64,000 bases of DNA, from the NCBI GenBank assembly GCA_051892935.1, contig JBJFGS010000011.1, positions 19,311 through 83,310 of the forward strand. The letters are read 5' to 3'. Position 1 is the stretch's first letter. The number at the start of each line of letters is the position of its first letter. The position numbers and the translations under genes are program-made. The notes below the pieces were generated by a model. The model ran no database searches and had not been told where the DNA came from. It saw nothing but the letters and a program-made list of their open reading frames with translations. Below are positions 10,790-20,944 of the stretch, in pieces. The DNA is from Candidatus Coprovivens sp. Its GTDB lineage: Bacteria > Bacillota_I > Bacilli_A > RF39 > UBA660.

Positions 10790-12322
10790 TTAAGTTACAC
10801 TTCCTTGACTATTTATTTCATTCAAAACTTTATCAGTATAATCACTTACTTTACTAGTATATAAACTCAACAATTCTTGATATCTATCATTTAATGTTAA
10901 ATCAATATTTGAATAAACACTATTATAATCAATTATTATCTGTTCTATATTAGAATATACTTCAAGTTTCCCAGAGTTATCAAGTGTATCAATATTTTTT
11001 TCTAATTTATTAATATCATTTTCAATTGTATCTACAATATTAGATATTATTAAATTACAATAATAAACACTCTTTTCATAATAAGAATTATTACTTTCTA
11101 TTTTACCAAATACATAATAAGCTTTATTATAGTCTTTATTATTATATTGTTCTAATGCATCATAAAATATTGCACTATCACTATAAATATCATCAAATTG
11201 TATTAATAAATCATTATAGTCTTTTTCCGTTAAAGCTCTAACTAAATTAGTATCATTTTTAACTATTGCATATCTATATAAACCATCAAGTAATTCTTTA
11301 TATTTTGCTGTAGATTTTTCAAAAGAATCTTTATCTTCCACTTCTTCATTTAAATATAATAATACCCAACTATCACAAATAATTCTCGCCTTAGCTTGCA
11401 ATTTTTTTGTTTCTTCTGAATTATTTTTTACTTCTTCTAAAACAAATAAAATATCATCTATATCATCCGTTTCATAATATTTATTCATTGCATCACTAAA
11501 TCTAGTTAAGTAATCAACTTCCATCTTACTATTATTATTATTTTTTCCTGATATAAACCATATTGCAACCATAGTAAAAATAAGAATAAGCACAGCAATA
11601 CCGGTAAATAAGAATACTCTTTTCCTAGTACCAATAATACTTTGTTCTTTGTTTTCACTAAGTATTTTATTATTAAAATCTTTTTCTATTTCAGAATCAC
11701 TATTATTATCGGATTCTTCATTCATTTCATCAATTTGACGATTTATATCATCTATTAATGAAAATTTATCTAACTCTTTAGTATCACTAAGATTTTTTAT
11801 CGCAATAGTTTTACCTAAATCAACTTTAAGTTCTTTTGTTTTACTAAGATCATTTAAAGAATTATTAGTATCATTATTATAAGAATTAATTCCTTCTACT
11901 ATTTCATCAGTAATTGCATCAGCTATTTTTTCAATAGGAGCTGTCATTAATATCTTTTCTTCAATACTAGTTTCGGTATCTTCTTGTTTTAAAGAAACAT
12001 TATCTTTATCAGAATCACGTAAAGAATTAATATATTCTTCATTTCCTTTAATCTCTTTTGTAACATGTTCTAATTCTTTTTCTATTTCTTTTATATCTTT
12101 TTTGATTTTTTCTTCTTCACTACTTTTTTCTTTAATTTTAGGTAATTCGATTTTATTTTTTTCTTGTTCTTCTTCATCCAACAAATCTCTAATAGAATTT
12201 AATTGTTCTTTTAAAAGGACGATCGTACGATATTTATCTCTATCTAATTCCGTATTACTATTCTTATTATTACTAGATTTATTATTTTTTATATTATCAT
12301 TATTATCTGCAAGACTCTTCAT
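10790..12322 (-). CDS. Hypothetical bitopic membrane protein (acidic cytoplasmic N-terminus, helical external domain)
   Basis: 510-aa ORF with a single central TM following the RKR sequence. Confidence 0.7.
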   Translation of the reverse strand: MKSLADNNDNIKNNKSSNNKNSNTELDRDKYRTIVLLKEQLNSIRDLLDEEEQEKNKIELPKIKEKSSEEEKIKKDIKEIEKELEHVTKEIKGNEEYINSLRDSDKDNVSLKQEDTETSIEEKILMTAPIEKIADAITDEIVEGINSYNNDTNNSLNDLSKTKELKVDLGKTIAIKNLSDTKELDKFSLIDDINRQIDEMNEESDNNSDSEIEKDFNNKILSENKEQSIIGTRKRVFLFTGIAVLILIFTMVAIWFISGKNNNNSKMEVDYLTRFSDAMNKYYETDDIDDILFVLEEVKNNSEETKKLQAKARIICDSWVLLYLNEEVEDKDSFEKSTAKYKELLDGLYRYAIVKNDTNLVRALTEKDYNDLLIQFDDIYSDSAIFYDALEQYNNKDYNKAYYVFGKIESNNSYYEKSVYYCNLIISNIVDTIENDINKLEKNIDTLDNSGKLEVYSNIEQIIIDYNSVYSNIDLTLNDRYQELLSLYTSKVSDYTDKVLNEINSQGSVT

Positions 12323-12387
12323 CTAACCACGCCCTTATTATCTATATAATAACACATTTTATTCTTTTTTTTAACAATTTATTACTA

Positions 12388-12416
12388 GAATATTAATTTT
12401 ATTAAAAAACATAATA
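12388..12416 (+). promoter_or_regulatory. Possible sigma-G-type promoter of the YitT gene
   Basis: GAATA-N17-CATAATA matches the B. subtilis sigG consensus; weak evidence in AT-rich DNA. Confidence 0.35.
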
Positions 12417-12433
12417 ATACTAGAAGGTGACCT

Positions 12434-13018
12434 ATGAAAAAATATACTATTCTACTAATTTCATTATTATTTGCATCATTAAACTTTAATCTTTTCTTAA
12501 AACCTCTTAACCTAGTAACAGGAGGTACACAAGGCTTAGCCATAGTAATAAATAATTTTATAAATCTTAAACCATCTACAATTATTTTTTTTATAAATAT
12601 TATATCTCTTATAATAAGTTTTATATTTCTAAGAAAAGAAACAACAACATCTGCTATAATATCAACATTTTCTTATCCATTATTCATCAGAATAACTTCT
12701 TTAATCCCATCAATTTCATTTATCGAAAACAATGTTCTAATATCATCAATAACAGCAGGAGTAATTTGTGGTTTAACAGGAGGAATAATATATAAAATGA
12801 ATTTTTCATCTGGAGGAATAACTATATTTAATTTATTATTAAAAAAATACTTTAATATCAAAATATCTATATCTAATTTTCTTATAAATGGAACTATAAT
12901 AATTATTGGCTACTTTTTCTTCGGTATAAAAAAAATAATCTATTCATTAATCGTTATAATAATAAGTAGTATATTGATTCATATTATTCAAAAATTTAGA
13001 TATAAAAAAAAGTTATAA
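12434..13018 (+). CDS. YitT family membrane protein (membrane domain only)
   Basis: FLKPLNLVTGGTQGLA and FSSGG motifs, hydrophobic throughout. Confidence 0.88.
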   Translation: MKKYTILLISLLFASLNFNLFLKPLNLVTGGTQGLAIVINNFINLKPSTIIFFINIISLIISFIFLRKETTTSAIISTFSYPLFIRITSLIPSISFIENNVLISSITAGVICGLTGGIIYKMNFSSGGITIFNLLLKKYFNIKISISNFLINGTIIIIGYFFFGIKKIIYSLIVIIISSILIHIIQKFRYKKKL

Positions 13019-13041
13019 CTATATAACTTTATATTATAAAA

Positions 13042-13115
13042 TGGTGCCGCCTATAAGAATCGAACTTATTACTGAACCTTACCATGGTCCCGTTATACCA
13101 TTTAACTAAGGCGGC
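13042..13115 (-). tRNA. tRNA-Thr (GGT)
   Basis: GCCGCCT/AGGCGGC acceptor stem, D arm GTTA/TAAC, anticodon arm GGACC-ATGGTAA-GGTTC, T arm ATAAG-TTCGATT-CTTAT, encoded CCA. Confidence 0.95.
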
Positions 13116-13156
13116 CTAAAAAGATTATAACACAATATGTATTATAAAGAAAACAT

Positions 13157-13828
13157 CTATTTATAAACAGCTTCATAATAAGTTGTTTTTTCACATATAT
13201 TTTTTTCATCATTTAGTTTATATTCATCATTTTCACAATATAAATCCATATCGATAGAATCATTTATTACACAATTATTTCCAACTTTTTCTCCTAAATC
13301 ACAACTATATTTTTTATTCATCCAGTATTTTTTTCTACATACGCCATCATCATTTTTCATTCCAGATGGACAACTTTCCTCAACTTTAGCTTTAAACTCA
13401 GTTTCTTTATATTCTTCACATTTTTCACCATCTTCTGAAATCTTAGTGCATATTTTTTCAATACATTTATTATCTTTTTCATATGTAGTACTAAATTTAT
13501 CATCTTCAGCTATATTACTAGACTCACAATTTAGTTTTATTTCTTTTGGATATTCTTTTTCACTAAAACACCAATTATCACTACCTATATAATATCCATC
13601 TGGACAAGTAGAAATTTTTTTAGCAGCTATTGTAATAGTATTTTCACATTTATTATTTTCTTCATTAAAACTATATCCTTCTCTACACTTTTTAGATACA
13701 TCCATTGTTTCAACAACTTTACATTTGCCATTTTCCAGTTCCCCAATAGTACAACTTAATTTTTTTTCTTCTTTCTTACAGCTTACTAAAAATAATGTCA
13801 TTATAAACAGAATAAAAACTTTTTTCAT
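13157..13828 (-). CDS. Cysteine-rich lipoprotein
   Basis: Lipobox LVSC; repeated CxxG(Y)-x5-9-C units. Confidence 0.8.
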   Translation of the reverse strand: MKKVFILFIMTLFLVSCKKEEKKLSCTIGELENGKCKVVETMDVSKKCREGYSFNEENNKCENTITIAAKKISTCPDGYYIGSDNWCFSEKEYPKEIKLNCESSNIAEDDKFSTTYEKDNKCIEKICTKISEDGEKCEEYKETEFKAKVEESCPSGMKNDDGVCRKKYWMNKKYSCDLGEKVGNNCVINDSIDMDLYCENDEYKLNDEKNICEKTTYYEAVYK

Positions 13829-13903
13829 AGTATCACTACCTTATTATTTATATAATACAATAAATTAGAGCAAAAAAAAACTACTAAAAGTAGTTCCTTT
13901 AAA

Positions 13904-14095
13904 CTATTCTTTAGTAGATTCTGCTACTGCTACTACTTCTTTACCTTTGTAGTAACCACATTTCATACATGCACGATGAGGTTGGATTGTTGCACCACAT
14001 TTAGGGCATTTAGTTAAAGTTCCAACTTCTTTTTTTAAGTGAGTACGACGCATTCTTTTTTTAGTTTTACTTGTTCTTCTAAAAGGAACTGCCAT
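13904..14095 (-). CDS. rpmF: 50S ribosomal protein L32 (zinc-binding form)
   Basis: [19 protein letters not shown]...CPKCG...[11 protein letters not shown]. Confidence 0.97.
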   Translation of the reverse strand: MAVPFRRTSKTKKRMRRTHLKKEVGTLTKCPKCGATIQPHRACMKCGYYKGKEVVAVAESTKE

Positions 14096-14099
14096 GATT

Positions 14100-14579
14100 T
14101 CACTCCTTCCCTTCTTTTTCAAGTAGCTCTAACAAAGGAGCTAATCTTGGATCTAACTTTTTTCTTTCTTCATCTACTAGTTCCCATCCATCACCACTAA
14201 GACTATAAGTCTTATTTGGATCTTTACGATAACTTATTGGGACCTCTAGTACAATATTTTGCCACAAAATATCCATAATATCAAGTGTTTTTAACTCATT
14301 TTGGTCTTTTTCATCATCATTTTCACTTAATATTTCAGAAATTTCAAAACTAAATGGATAATCTACAGGTTCTAAATCTATTGCATCTAATAATACCATA
14401 GAACCTTCTACCTTACATTCAAAAACTATTTCACTAGTAACACTATAATAAGCTCTACCATTTACTTTAACATTTTCTAAACTTTGGATAGATGTATTTT
14501 TAATATATTCAGGACCAAAAGATACTACATCATCTATTACAATACCTTTTTCATCAACTTTAGCTAAATCTATATACAC
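14100..14579 (-). CDS. YceD/DUF177 family protein
   Basis: Directly upstream of rpmF; [16 protein letters not shown] and DPRLAPL motifs. Confidence 0.9.
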   Translation of the reverse strand: MYIDLAKVDEKGIVIDDVVSFGPEYIKNTSIQSLENVKVNGRAYYSVTSEIVFECKVEGSMVLLDAIDLEPVDYPFSFEISEILSENDDEKDQNELKTLDIMDILWQNIVLEVPISYRKDPNKTYSLSGDGWELVDEERKKLDPRLAPLLELLEKEGKE

Positions 14580-14672
14580 AATATCACCCACCAGCTAAAT
14601 AATTATAACAACTTTTCTTGAATATTACAACTCTATATAATAAAATAAATATTATAAAGAAGGCGATTACAT

Positions 14673-15791
14673 ATGAGTATTATTGGTATTATAGCAGAAT
14701 ACAATCCATTTCATAACGGACATCTCTATCACCTATCAAAAATAAAAGAAAAATATCCTGATTCACTTATTATTTTAGTACTAAATGGATATTTCACCCA
14801 AAGAGGAATAATATCTATAATTAATAAAGAAGATAAAACAAAAATATCTTTAAATAATAACATAGACATAGTCATAGAACTACCTTTTATCTATGGAACA
14901 CAATCATCAGATATCTTTGCTTATAATAGTATAAAACTACTAAATGAACTTAAAGTAGAAAAAATTATTTTTGGAAGTGAATCAAATAATATAGAATTAC
15001 TAAATAAAATAGTAGATATTCAATTAAATGATCAAACATATGAATTAAAAGTAAAAGAATACTTAGATAATGGTGATAACTATCCAACTGCCATGAAAAA
15101 AGCTCTTAATATCAAAGAAGATATTAATAATCCAAACGATTTATTAGGAATATCATATATAAAAGCTATTAGACAAATTAATTCATCTATAATAGCAGAA
15201 ACCATAAAAAGAACAAACAATTATCATGATATATCATCAACCGAAGATATAATAAGTGCCTCTAATATCAGAACTAAACTAAATAACAATGAAGACATCT
15301 CATCTTACTTGCCTCCTAATATAATAGGATATATAAATAATATAACAAATGATTCTTTATTTAATTTACTAAAGTTTAAAATTCTAACAGATCAAAACTT
15401 AAATGTATATTTAGATGTTGACGAAGGAATTGAATATAGAATTTTAAAATATATAAACGAATCAAATAGTTTTGATGAACTTATTAGTAACATAAAAACT
15501 AAAAGATATACCTACAATAGAATTAATAGAATGCTTATTCATATATTAATTGGATTAACAAAAGAAGATAATAAAAAATGTAAATTAGATTATTTAAAAA
15601 TATTAGGATTCTCAACTAAAGGTCAAGAATATCTAAAAAGTATAAGAAAAGATATTACAATACCTACATCACCTAATAAAGACTCTTTACTTTTTAAATA
15701 CGAACTAAAAGCAGCCTATTTATATGAACAAGCTACCAAAAAATCCCTAAATAATTTTGATATAAAAAATATTCCAATAATAAAGAGATAA
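14673..15791 (+). CDS. tmcAL: tRNA(Met) cytidine acetate ligase (YlbM/TmcAL)
   Basis: GIIAEYNPFHNGHLYH, FTQRG, FGSES, PNDLLG, SASNIR, KRYT; divergent from yceD-rpmF as in Bacillus. Confidence 0.92.
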   Translation: MSIIGIIAEYNPFHNGHLYHLSKIKEKYPDSLIILVLNGYFTQRGIISIINKEDKTKISLNNNIDIVIELPFIYGTQSSDIFAYNSIKLLNELKVEKIIFGSESNNIELLNKIVDIQLNDQTYELKVKEYLDNGDNYPTAMKKALNIKEDINNPNDLLGISYIKAIRQINSSIIAETIKRTNNYHDISSTEDIISASNIRTKLNNNEDISSYLPPNIIGYINNITNDSLFNLLKFKILTDQNLNVYLDVDEGIEYRILKYINESNSFDELISNIKTKRYTYNRINRMLIHILIGLTKEDNKKCKLDYLKILGFSTKGQEYLKSIRKDITIPTSPNKDSLLFKYELKAAYLYEQATKKSLNNFDIKNIPIIKR

Positions 15792-15801
15792 CTAATACTT
15801 A

Positions 15802-16110
15802 TTAGCTATCTCTTTTGTCATACTTATATCCTTTCTTCTTTAAGAATTTATAAAAGGATTTATTAGATAAATTTAAAAAATATATATTAATAATCATAAG
15901 AATAAAACTTAATACAAAAATAATACTTCCAATCATCAAATCTATATATAAAGAAATAATTAAACCAATTATACTAAGTATTCCCAATATAACATACAAT
16001 ACATATAATCTAATAGAATAATTATAAGAATCTTTACATAATAATTTATATTCTCTTCTTATATCATTTTGTTTACAATTACTTAATTCATGAAAAATCT
16101 TTTCTTTCAT
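15802..16110 (-). CDS. Small hypothetical membrane protein (2 TM)
   Basis: Two hydrophobic segments; start overlaps the upstream stop (TAATG). Confidence 0.65.
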   Translation of the reverse strand: MKEKIFHELSNCKQNDIRREYKLLCKDSYNYSIRLYVLYVILGILSIIGLIISLYIDLMIGSIIFVLSFILMIINIYFLNLSNKSFYKFLKKKGYKYDKRDS

Positions 16111-16451
16111 TAAAAATTATGTCCATTCCAACCCCAATTATCAAACTCACCATAACTAACATAAATATTATCAGGTTTAATTCCTAGCTCTGTATTCAAA
16201 ATATTAGTAACAGCTTCTGTCATTTGATCATAATCTCCAATATTAGCTCTTCCATATATTTTTATATCCACATAAGCTATTTGCATATCATCCTGTCCTT
16301 GAAAATACATTTTGCATTCAGGAACAAATTCAACCATTAACCATTCTTCACTTTTATGAAGAATACTAATAGCTTCCCCAAGTCTTTCTTTAATTTTTAG
16401 CTCTTTTTCTTTATCAATTTTACAATTTGTTCTTGTTTGAATATATGGCAT
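16110..16451 (-). CDS. MIF-like tautomerase family protein
   Basis: Start MPYIQT gives the catalytic Pro1; KSEEWLMV and NWGWNG motifs. Confidence 0.88.
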   Translation of the reverse strand: MPYIQTRTNCKIDKEKELKIKERLGEAISILHKSEEWLMVEFVPECKMYFQGQDDMQIAYVDIKIYGRANIGDYDQMTEAVTNILNTELGIKPDNIYVSYGEFDNWGWNGHNF

Positions 16452-16518
16452 TATTATCAATCCTTTCTATAATTAGTATAACATAAATCTAATATAAAAA
16501 ACATTTCATAATAATATA

Positions 16519-17658
16519 TCAATATAATTCTAATCTAGTAATATTACTTCTATCTATTTCATCAATTCTCTTTTTATTTAAAGATAAAACTAAATTAGGT
16601 GAACTTTCAAACATCGCTTTTTTAGTTTCTCTCTCTACAACTAAAGTTCCCTCATCAATCAAAGGCAATAACATTGTTTCAAAAACCTCCTTAGCTTTTT
16701 TTCTATCATTAAATCTATTATACATTGAAACAAAGTCTAATACTGTTAAATTACCTTTCATAGATAAAAAATACTCAATCGTTTGATAATCTAAAGTATC
16801 CCATTTTTTAGAAGAAGCTTCTCTCAAATAATGCATCATATATTCTTTTTCTAACTCTTTCTTTACTGTAATTAACATATATTTTATAAACTTACTAACT
16901 TCATATTTATTTTTACAATCTTTTATAACAGTATCATATTTTGAATCAAAATTAATTCCTCTATTAAAAATAATATATGGATATACTTCGTTATTAAGTA
17001 AATACCACATAGCAATAGTTCTACTAGTTCTACCATTAATATCGAAATAAGGATGAATATATACAAAATAAAAATGCATTATTTGTGATTTAATAAAATA
17101 ATCAGTAGATGATTGAAAAGTTTCACCATTATTTACATAATCAAAGAATACTTTCATATAATCAGGTATTAAAGAAAAGTCAATCCCATGATCAATAGTA
17201 TCATCTAGTCTTCCCTTTTGTAATATATAAACAGGAGCCATTCTGTATTTATCTCCCATTCTACTTCTATCTATTTCATCAAGTAAATCCTTGCTTAATA
17301 TTTGATATAACTTGGAAACAGTATCTTCTGTTATTGCTTTTCCTTCAAGTATATATCTATAACCTTGATATAAATTAATAATTCTATTTCTTCTTTCTAT
17401 ATCAGATACTTGATAAGCATCTTGTATAACTTTTTCAATTAATGAGACAGAATCATTTATTCCTTCAACAGTATTATTAGCTTTTATTTCATGAGTAAAC
17501 ATCACTTTCTTAGAAAAAGTCTTATTATTCATAAAGTCTTGTCCTTCTAAAAATGTTTCTAATTCTCTTACTATATCACTTAAAAACTCTCTATTAATAG
17601 TAAAAAGTCTTCCTGAAGAAGTTTTAAGTGGTAAAGCCTCTCTTCTATTTAAATTCAT
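16519..17658 (-). CDS. Fic domain protein
   Basis: HPYFDINGRTSR Fic motif; NNTVEG resembles the autoinhibitory (S/T)xxxEG motif. Confidence 0.9.
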   Translation of the reverse strand: MNLNRREALPLKTSSGRLFTINREFLSDIVRELETFLEGQDFMNNKTFSKKVMFTHEIKANNTVEGINDSVSLIEKVIQDAYQVSDIERRNRIINLYQGYRYILEGKAITEDTVSKLYQILSKDLLDEIDRSRMGDKYRMAPVYILQKGRLDDTIDHGIDFSLIPDYMKVFFDYVNNGETFQSSTDYFIKSQIMHFYFVYIHPYFDINGRTSRTIAMWYLLNNEVYPYIIFNRGINFDSKYDTVIKDCKNKYEVSKFIKYMLITVKKELEKEYMMHYLREASSKKWDTLDYQTIEYFLSMKGNLTVLDFVSMYNRFNDRKKAKEVFETMLLPLIDEGTLVVERETKKAMFESSPNLVLSLNKKRIDEIDRSNITRLELY

Positions 17659-17711
17659 AATAATCCCCCTAATTGGCACTTATTATAATAAACAAAAAAG
17701 AAATAAACAAC

Positions 17712-18332
17712 CTATTTCTTTTTTCTAATTAACAAAAAAATCAATATTATAATAATTATTAATAATCCAATAACAAATTTCATTATCAGCTCATTAACCA
17801 CATCAGCATGATCAACTTTACTTAAATCAACATATTCAATCTTTTCTACTTCATTAACTTGATAACCATTTACTCTTTCACAAATATCTTGATCACTTAT
17901 TATTACTTCAGTACCTAGTATATAATAAGTATCAGGAACATTATCTAAAAATTCTATTTGTATATTAAAACTAAAAACATCATCTAATTTTTTAGCAGAT
18001 AAATTTTCTTCTATATAATAACGTATTAAACTTCTTCCATTACTATCTCTATTATTATCTATCTTAACATTACTAACGCCTTCTATATTAGTTAATCTAA
18101 TATTTACATCATCTTTCAAATTATCTATATATCCCAAAGTATATTCTTCTATTAAAGTAGTTAAAGTACCATCATTCTTACTTATTACTTTAACAGGAAC
18201 TACTATAGCATTATTATCAATAACACTACATTTATTAACAACACTTACTAAATTAAGAGGATCATTCTCTTTAGCATAAGAAATACTAAGTAAACAAAAC
18301 AAACTCAATATAAAAAATATAATCTTCTTCAT
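17712..18332 (-). CDS. Secreted protein with C-terminal membrane anchor
   Basis: Signal peptide ending SYA; C-terminal TM followed by RKKK. Confidence 0.7.
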   Translation of the reverse strand: MKKIIFFILSLFCLLSISYAKENDPLNLVSVVNKCSVIDNNAIVVPVKVISKNDGTLTTLIEEYTLGYIDNLKDDVNIRLTNIEGVSNVKIDNNRDSNGRSLIRYYIEENLSAKKLDDVFSFNIQIEFLDNVPDTYYILGTEVIISDQDICERVNGYQVNEVEKIEYVDLSKVDHADVVNELIMKFVIGLLIIIIILIFLLIRKKK

Positions 18333-18364
18333 AGTTATCACCATTTCTTATTATAACAAAAGAA

Positions 18365-18386
18365 AAAGTCCTATAAAAGGACTTAT
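18365..18386 (-). terminator. Intrinsic terminator after the 18389..19213 gene
   Basis: aagtcc-tataaaa-ggactt inverted repeat with an adjacent A-run on the plus strand. Confidence 0.65.
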
Positions 18387-18388
18387 TA

Positions 18389-19213
18389 TTAACAAGTATA
18401 GCTTAATGATAATCCAGGAGTATTATCATATATTCCGGAAGCATTTCCATAAAAACTTAATACTCCACCCATACCATTAGAACTAAAATTATATAATTTA
18501 GAAGTCGCTAAAGTAATATTAGCTTGAGCGTGTTGATATGTTCCATAAACTATTCCATCACTACTGCAATTCCCCCAAACAGCTAATTCATTTTCAATAG
18601 ATGTAGCAGAATCAACTAAATTTTGTGATAATCCAATTGCATTAGTAGCAATTTTATAATTTGAATTTCCTACCGGATACGCAATATTTCCACTATTTCC
18701 ATTAGTATACTGATTTCCATAATAATCAGTTAGAGCAAAACCATTACTCCATCTAAGAGCAATAACGTCAAAAGACTTATTTTTAGGCATCTTTAACCAA
18801 CTATTATATATATAAAATCTCTTTTGCCCACTTCCACTATTTGTCATTAATTGTATATATTTATAATCTGTAGTATATTCAACTAAATTTCCAGAAAGTA
18901 AAGAAAATTCATTTTCTGTATCCAAATTCAATTTATTTAAATCTGTAATTATTTCTGATTTAACAAGTTTTGGGTAAAACTCTGTTTCTTGATAATATGT
19001 ATTAGCAATTACAAATGAATCATAACTTTCTACATTTCCTTTTAAAATGCTCTCAATCACGAACTCACTACTATATTGTATTTCTACATCTGACATATAT
19101 TTATTTAGCAATTCATATTCTAATTCCGTATATTTTTTAACACTTAAAGCTTTAACAGAACTTCCAAAAATAAATAACATAAATAAAATAATAATTAAAA
19201 ATACCTTTTTCAC
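18389..19213 (-). CDS. Secreted hypothetical protein (beta-rich; FDVIALRW and YQHA motifs)
   Basis: Signal peptide ending VKA; GAGGAG RBS. Confidence 0.75.
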   Translation of the reverse strand: MKKVFLIIILFMLFIFGSSVKALSVKKYTELEYELLNKYMSDVEIQYSSEFVIESILKGNVESYDSFVIANTYYQETEFYPKLVKSEIITDLNKLNLDTENEFSLLSGNLVEYTTDYKYIQLMTNSGSGQKRFYIYNSWLKMPKNKSFDVIALRWSNGFALTDYYGNQYTNGNSGNIAYPVGNSNYKIATNAIGLSQNLVDSATSIENELAVWGNCSSDGIVYGTYQHAQANITLATSKLYNFSSNGMGGVLSFYGNASGIYDNTPGLSLSYTC

Positions 19214-19261
19214 ATCTACACTCCTCTTTTTTCTTATTCACAAAGTTATTTTTCAAGTATT

Positions 19262-19783
19262 TTATTTTCTAACATCAGCAAATGCTTGAATAAAATGTCT
19301 AGCCAAAGGTACACACATTCCAGGATTTTTACCAGTCAAGCAATCATTCTTTCCTACTTGAAAAAAATCATCTTCCATAACCTTTTGATATTCATCATAA
19401 GTAAAATAATCAAATTGAATTATTTCATATTTTCCAGGAGCAACCAAAGATGCTGCTAAAAATTTAGTATCTTCATTATAATAATTATAAAAATTAAATA
19501 AAACAGTTGCAAACTCGTTACACTTATTTTTGCTTTCTTCTATTTGATTACATTTTAAAATATAACCATCATTTATTTTTTCATAAATTTCGTCTAAAGT
19601 ATAAGGCGATTCCTTTGGTATTACTGTTGCAACTTTTTTATCTTGATTATCTAATTTATTATCTTTTTTATTTAATAATAAAACACTAACAATTCCTACA
19701 ATCAAAACTAAGAATACACTTATAAATCCTATAACTTTCTTTTTTGAATTTATTCTAATAATATCCTTTTTACCTTTCTTCAT
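19262..19783 (-). CDS. Membrane-anchored hypothetical protein with 4 external cysteines
   Basis: Basic N-terminus followed by one TM; AAGGAG RBS. Confidence 0.7.
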   Translation of the reverse strand: MKKGKKDIIRINSKKKVIGFISVFLVLIVGIVSVLLLNKKDNKLDNQDKKVATVIPKESPYTLDEIYEKINDGYILKCNQIEESKNKCNEFATVLFNFYNYYNEDTKFLAASLVAPGKYEIIQFDYFTYDEYQKVMEDDFFQVGKNDCLTGKNPGMCVPLARHFIQAFADVRK

Positions 19784-19807
19784 AAAATCTCTCCTTTCAT
19801 ACTTTCA

Positions 19808-19886
19808 ATTTAAAGCTAGAGTTAATTTTTAGCAACCTAGAATCACTAGAATTTTATAAAAAAAGAATTCTATAAATTCTAGAACT
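19808..19886 (-). promoter_or_regulatory. Promoter with repeated TCTAG operator-like motifs
   Basis: Minus strand TTGCTA-N17-TAAATT preceded by TTCTAG-tga-TTCTAG, with further copies in the spacer and at the XRE gene end. Confidence 0.45.
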
Positions 19887-19888
19887 CC

Positions 19889-20881
19889 TTATTTTAACTT
19901 TTTATATTCATCTGTTAACAAAGAAATCATTTTTTCACTATCATTACATTTACCCAATGTACAATTCATCTTATCATCTTGATAAATAAATTCTTCTATA
20001 ACATAGTCATCATAGTAAGTATAAAAATATCCAATTTCAGAATCTATATGATATATAGCCATCTTTTCAAAATCATTATCTATAAAATAATATGAAAATT
20101 CATTTTTAGTAAGATTATATTTATATGTTATAACATTTTCTTCATCTTCTTTTTCATACAAATCATTACTTACTTTTTTATAACCAACATTGTGTAATAA
20201 TACCTTTAATCTTTCACTTACAAGATCTTCTTGTTCAATTTTTTTCTCATAAAAAAGTTTTTCATTACTAACTACTTTTTCTAAATTTAAATCTAAGTTC
20301 TCACTAACTTTTTCATCATTTAAAATATAAGATATTTCTAAAGACAAGTTATTAATATCAACATCATCAACATAATATATATAATCATAATTATATTTAG
20401 AAACTATTTCATGACCATTACCATATAATGTAACATCAAATTCATCATTAGGAACATTAATTATTTCACCTAAACTAATAATTGTCTTATTTGAACTATC
20501 AATAATTAAACCATTTTCTAAAAAATATTCTTTGCTATCTAATTTAACTTCATAAACATTAATTTTTTTATAATTATTGACAAAATATATTCCAAAATAA
20601 AGAAAGGAAAATACAAAAATAATAATCAAAAAAATAAATATAATTTTCAGTATTTTTTTTAGAGTATTATTTTTTTTATCTGCTAAAATGCTTATCAAAT
20701 CAATATCTAAATATTTTGATATATTTTTTATTACGCCTAAATCAGGATAGTTTTTTCCCGTTTCCCAAGCACTAACAGTTTTATCAGAAACATTTAATAA
20801 TCTAGCCAAATCTTGTTGTGTAAATTTTTTATTTTTACGTGCTTGTGCAATGATTTTACCTACATCATATTTTTCTTCCAT
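19889..20881 (-). CDS. Membrane-anchored XRE (HTH_3) transcriptional regulator with external C-terminal domain
   Basis: RKNKKFTQQDLARLLNVSDKTVSAWETGKNYPD, then one TM, then about 230 aa of hydrophilic sequence. Confidence 0.9.
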   Translation of the reverse strand: MEEKYDVGKIIAQARKNKKFTQQDLARLLNVSDKTVSAWETGKNYPDLGVIKNISKYLDIDLISILADKKNNTLKKILKIIFIFLIIIFVFSFLYFGIYFVNNYKKINVYEVKLDSKEYFLENGLIIDSSNKTIISLGEIINVPNDEFDVTLYGNGHEIVSKYNYDYIYYVDDVDINNLSLEISYILNDEKVSENLDLNLEKVVSNEKLFYEKKIEQEDLVSERLKVLLHNVGYKKVSNDLYEKEDEENVITYKYNLTKNEFSYYFIDNDFEKMAIYHIDSEIGYFYTYYDDYVIEEFIYQDDKMNCTLGKCNDSEKMISLLTDEYKKLK

Positions 20882-20896
20882 AACAAAACTCCCATA

Positions 20897-20944
20897 TAAA
20901 TAATAAATAATAAATAATAAATAATAAATAATAAATAATAAATA
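20897..20944. repeat. Perfect heptamer microsatellite (TAAATAA) x6 plus a 6-nt partial copy
   Basis: Read directly; lies between the TGCTATAAT -10 box and the GGGAG RBS of the XRE gene. Confidence 0.95.

Noticed and set aside
13042-13115. tRNA-Thr as an island integration site
   Set aside because: No integrase and no duplicated tRNA 3' end were seen in the window.
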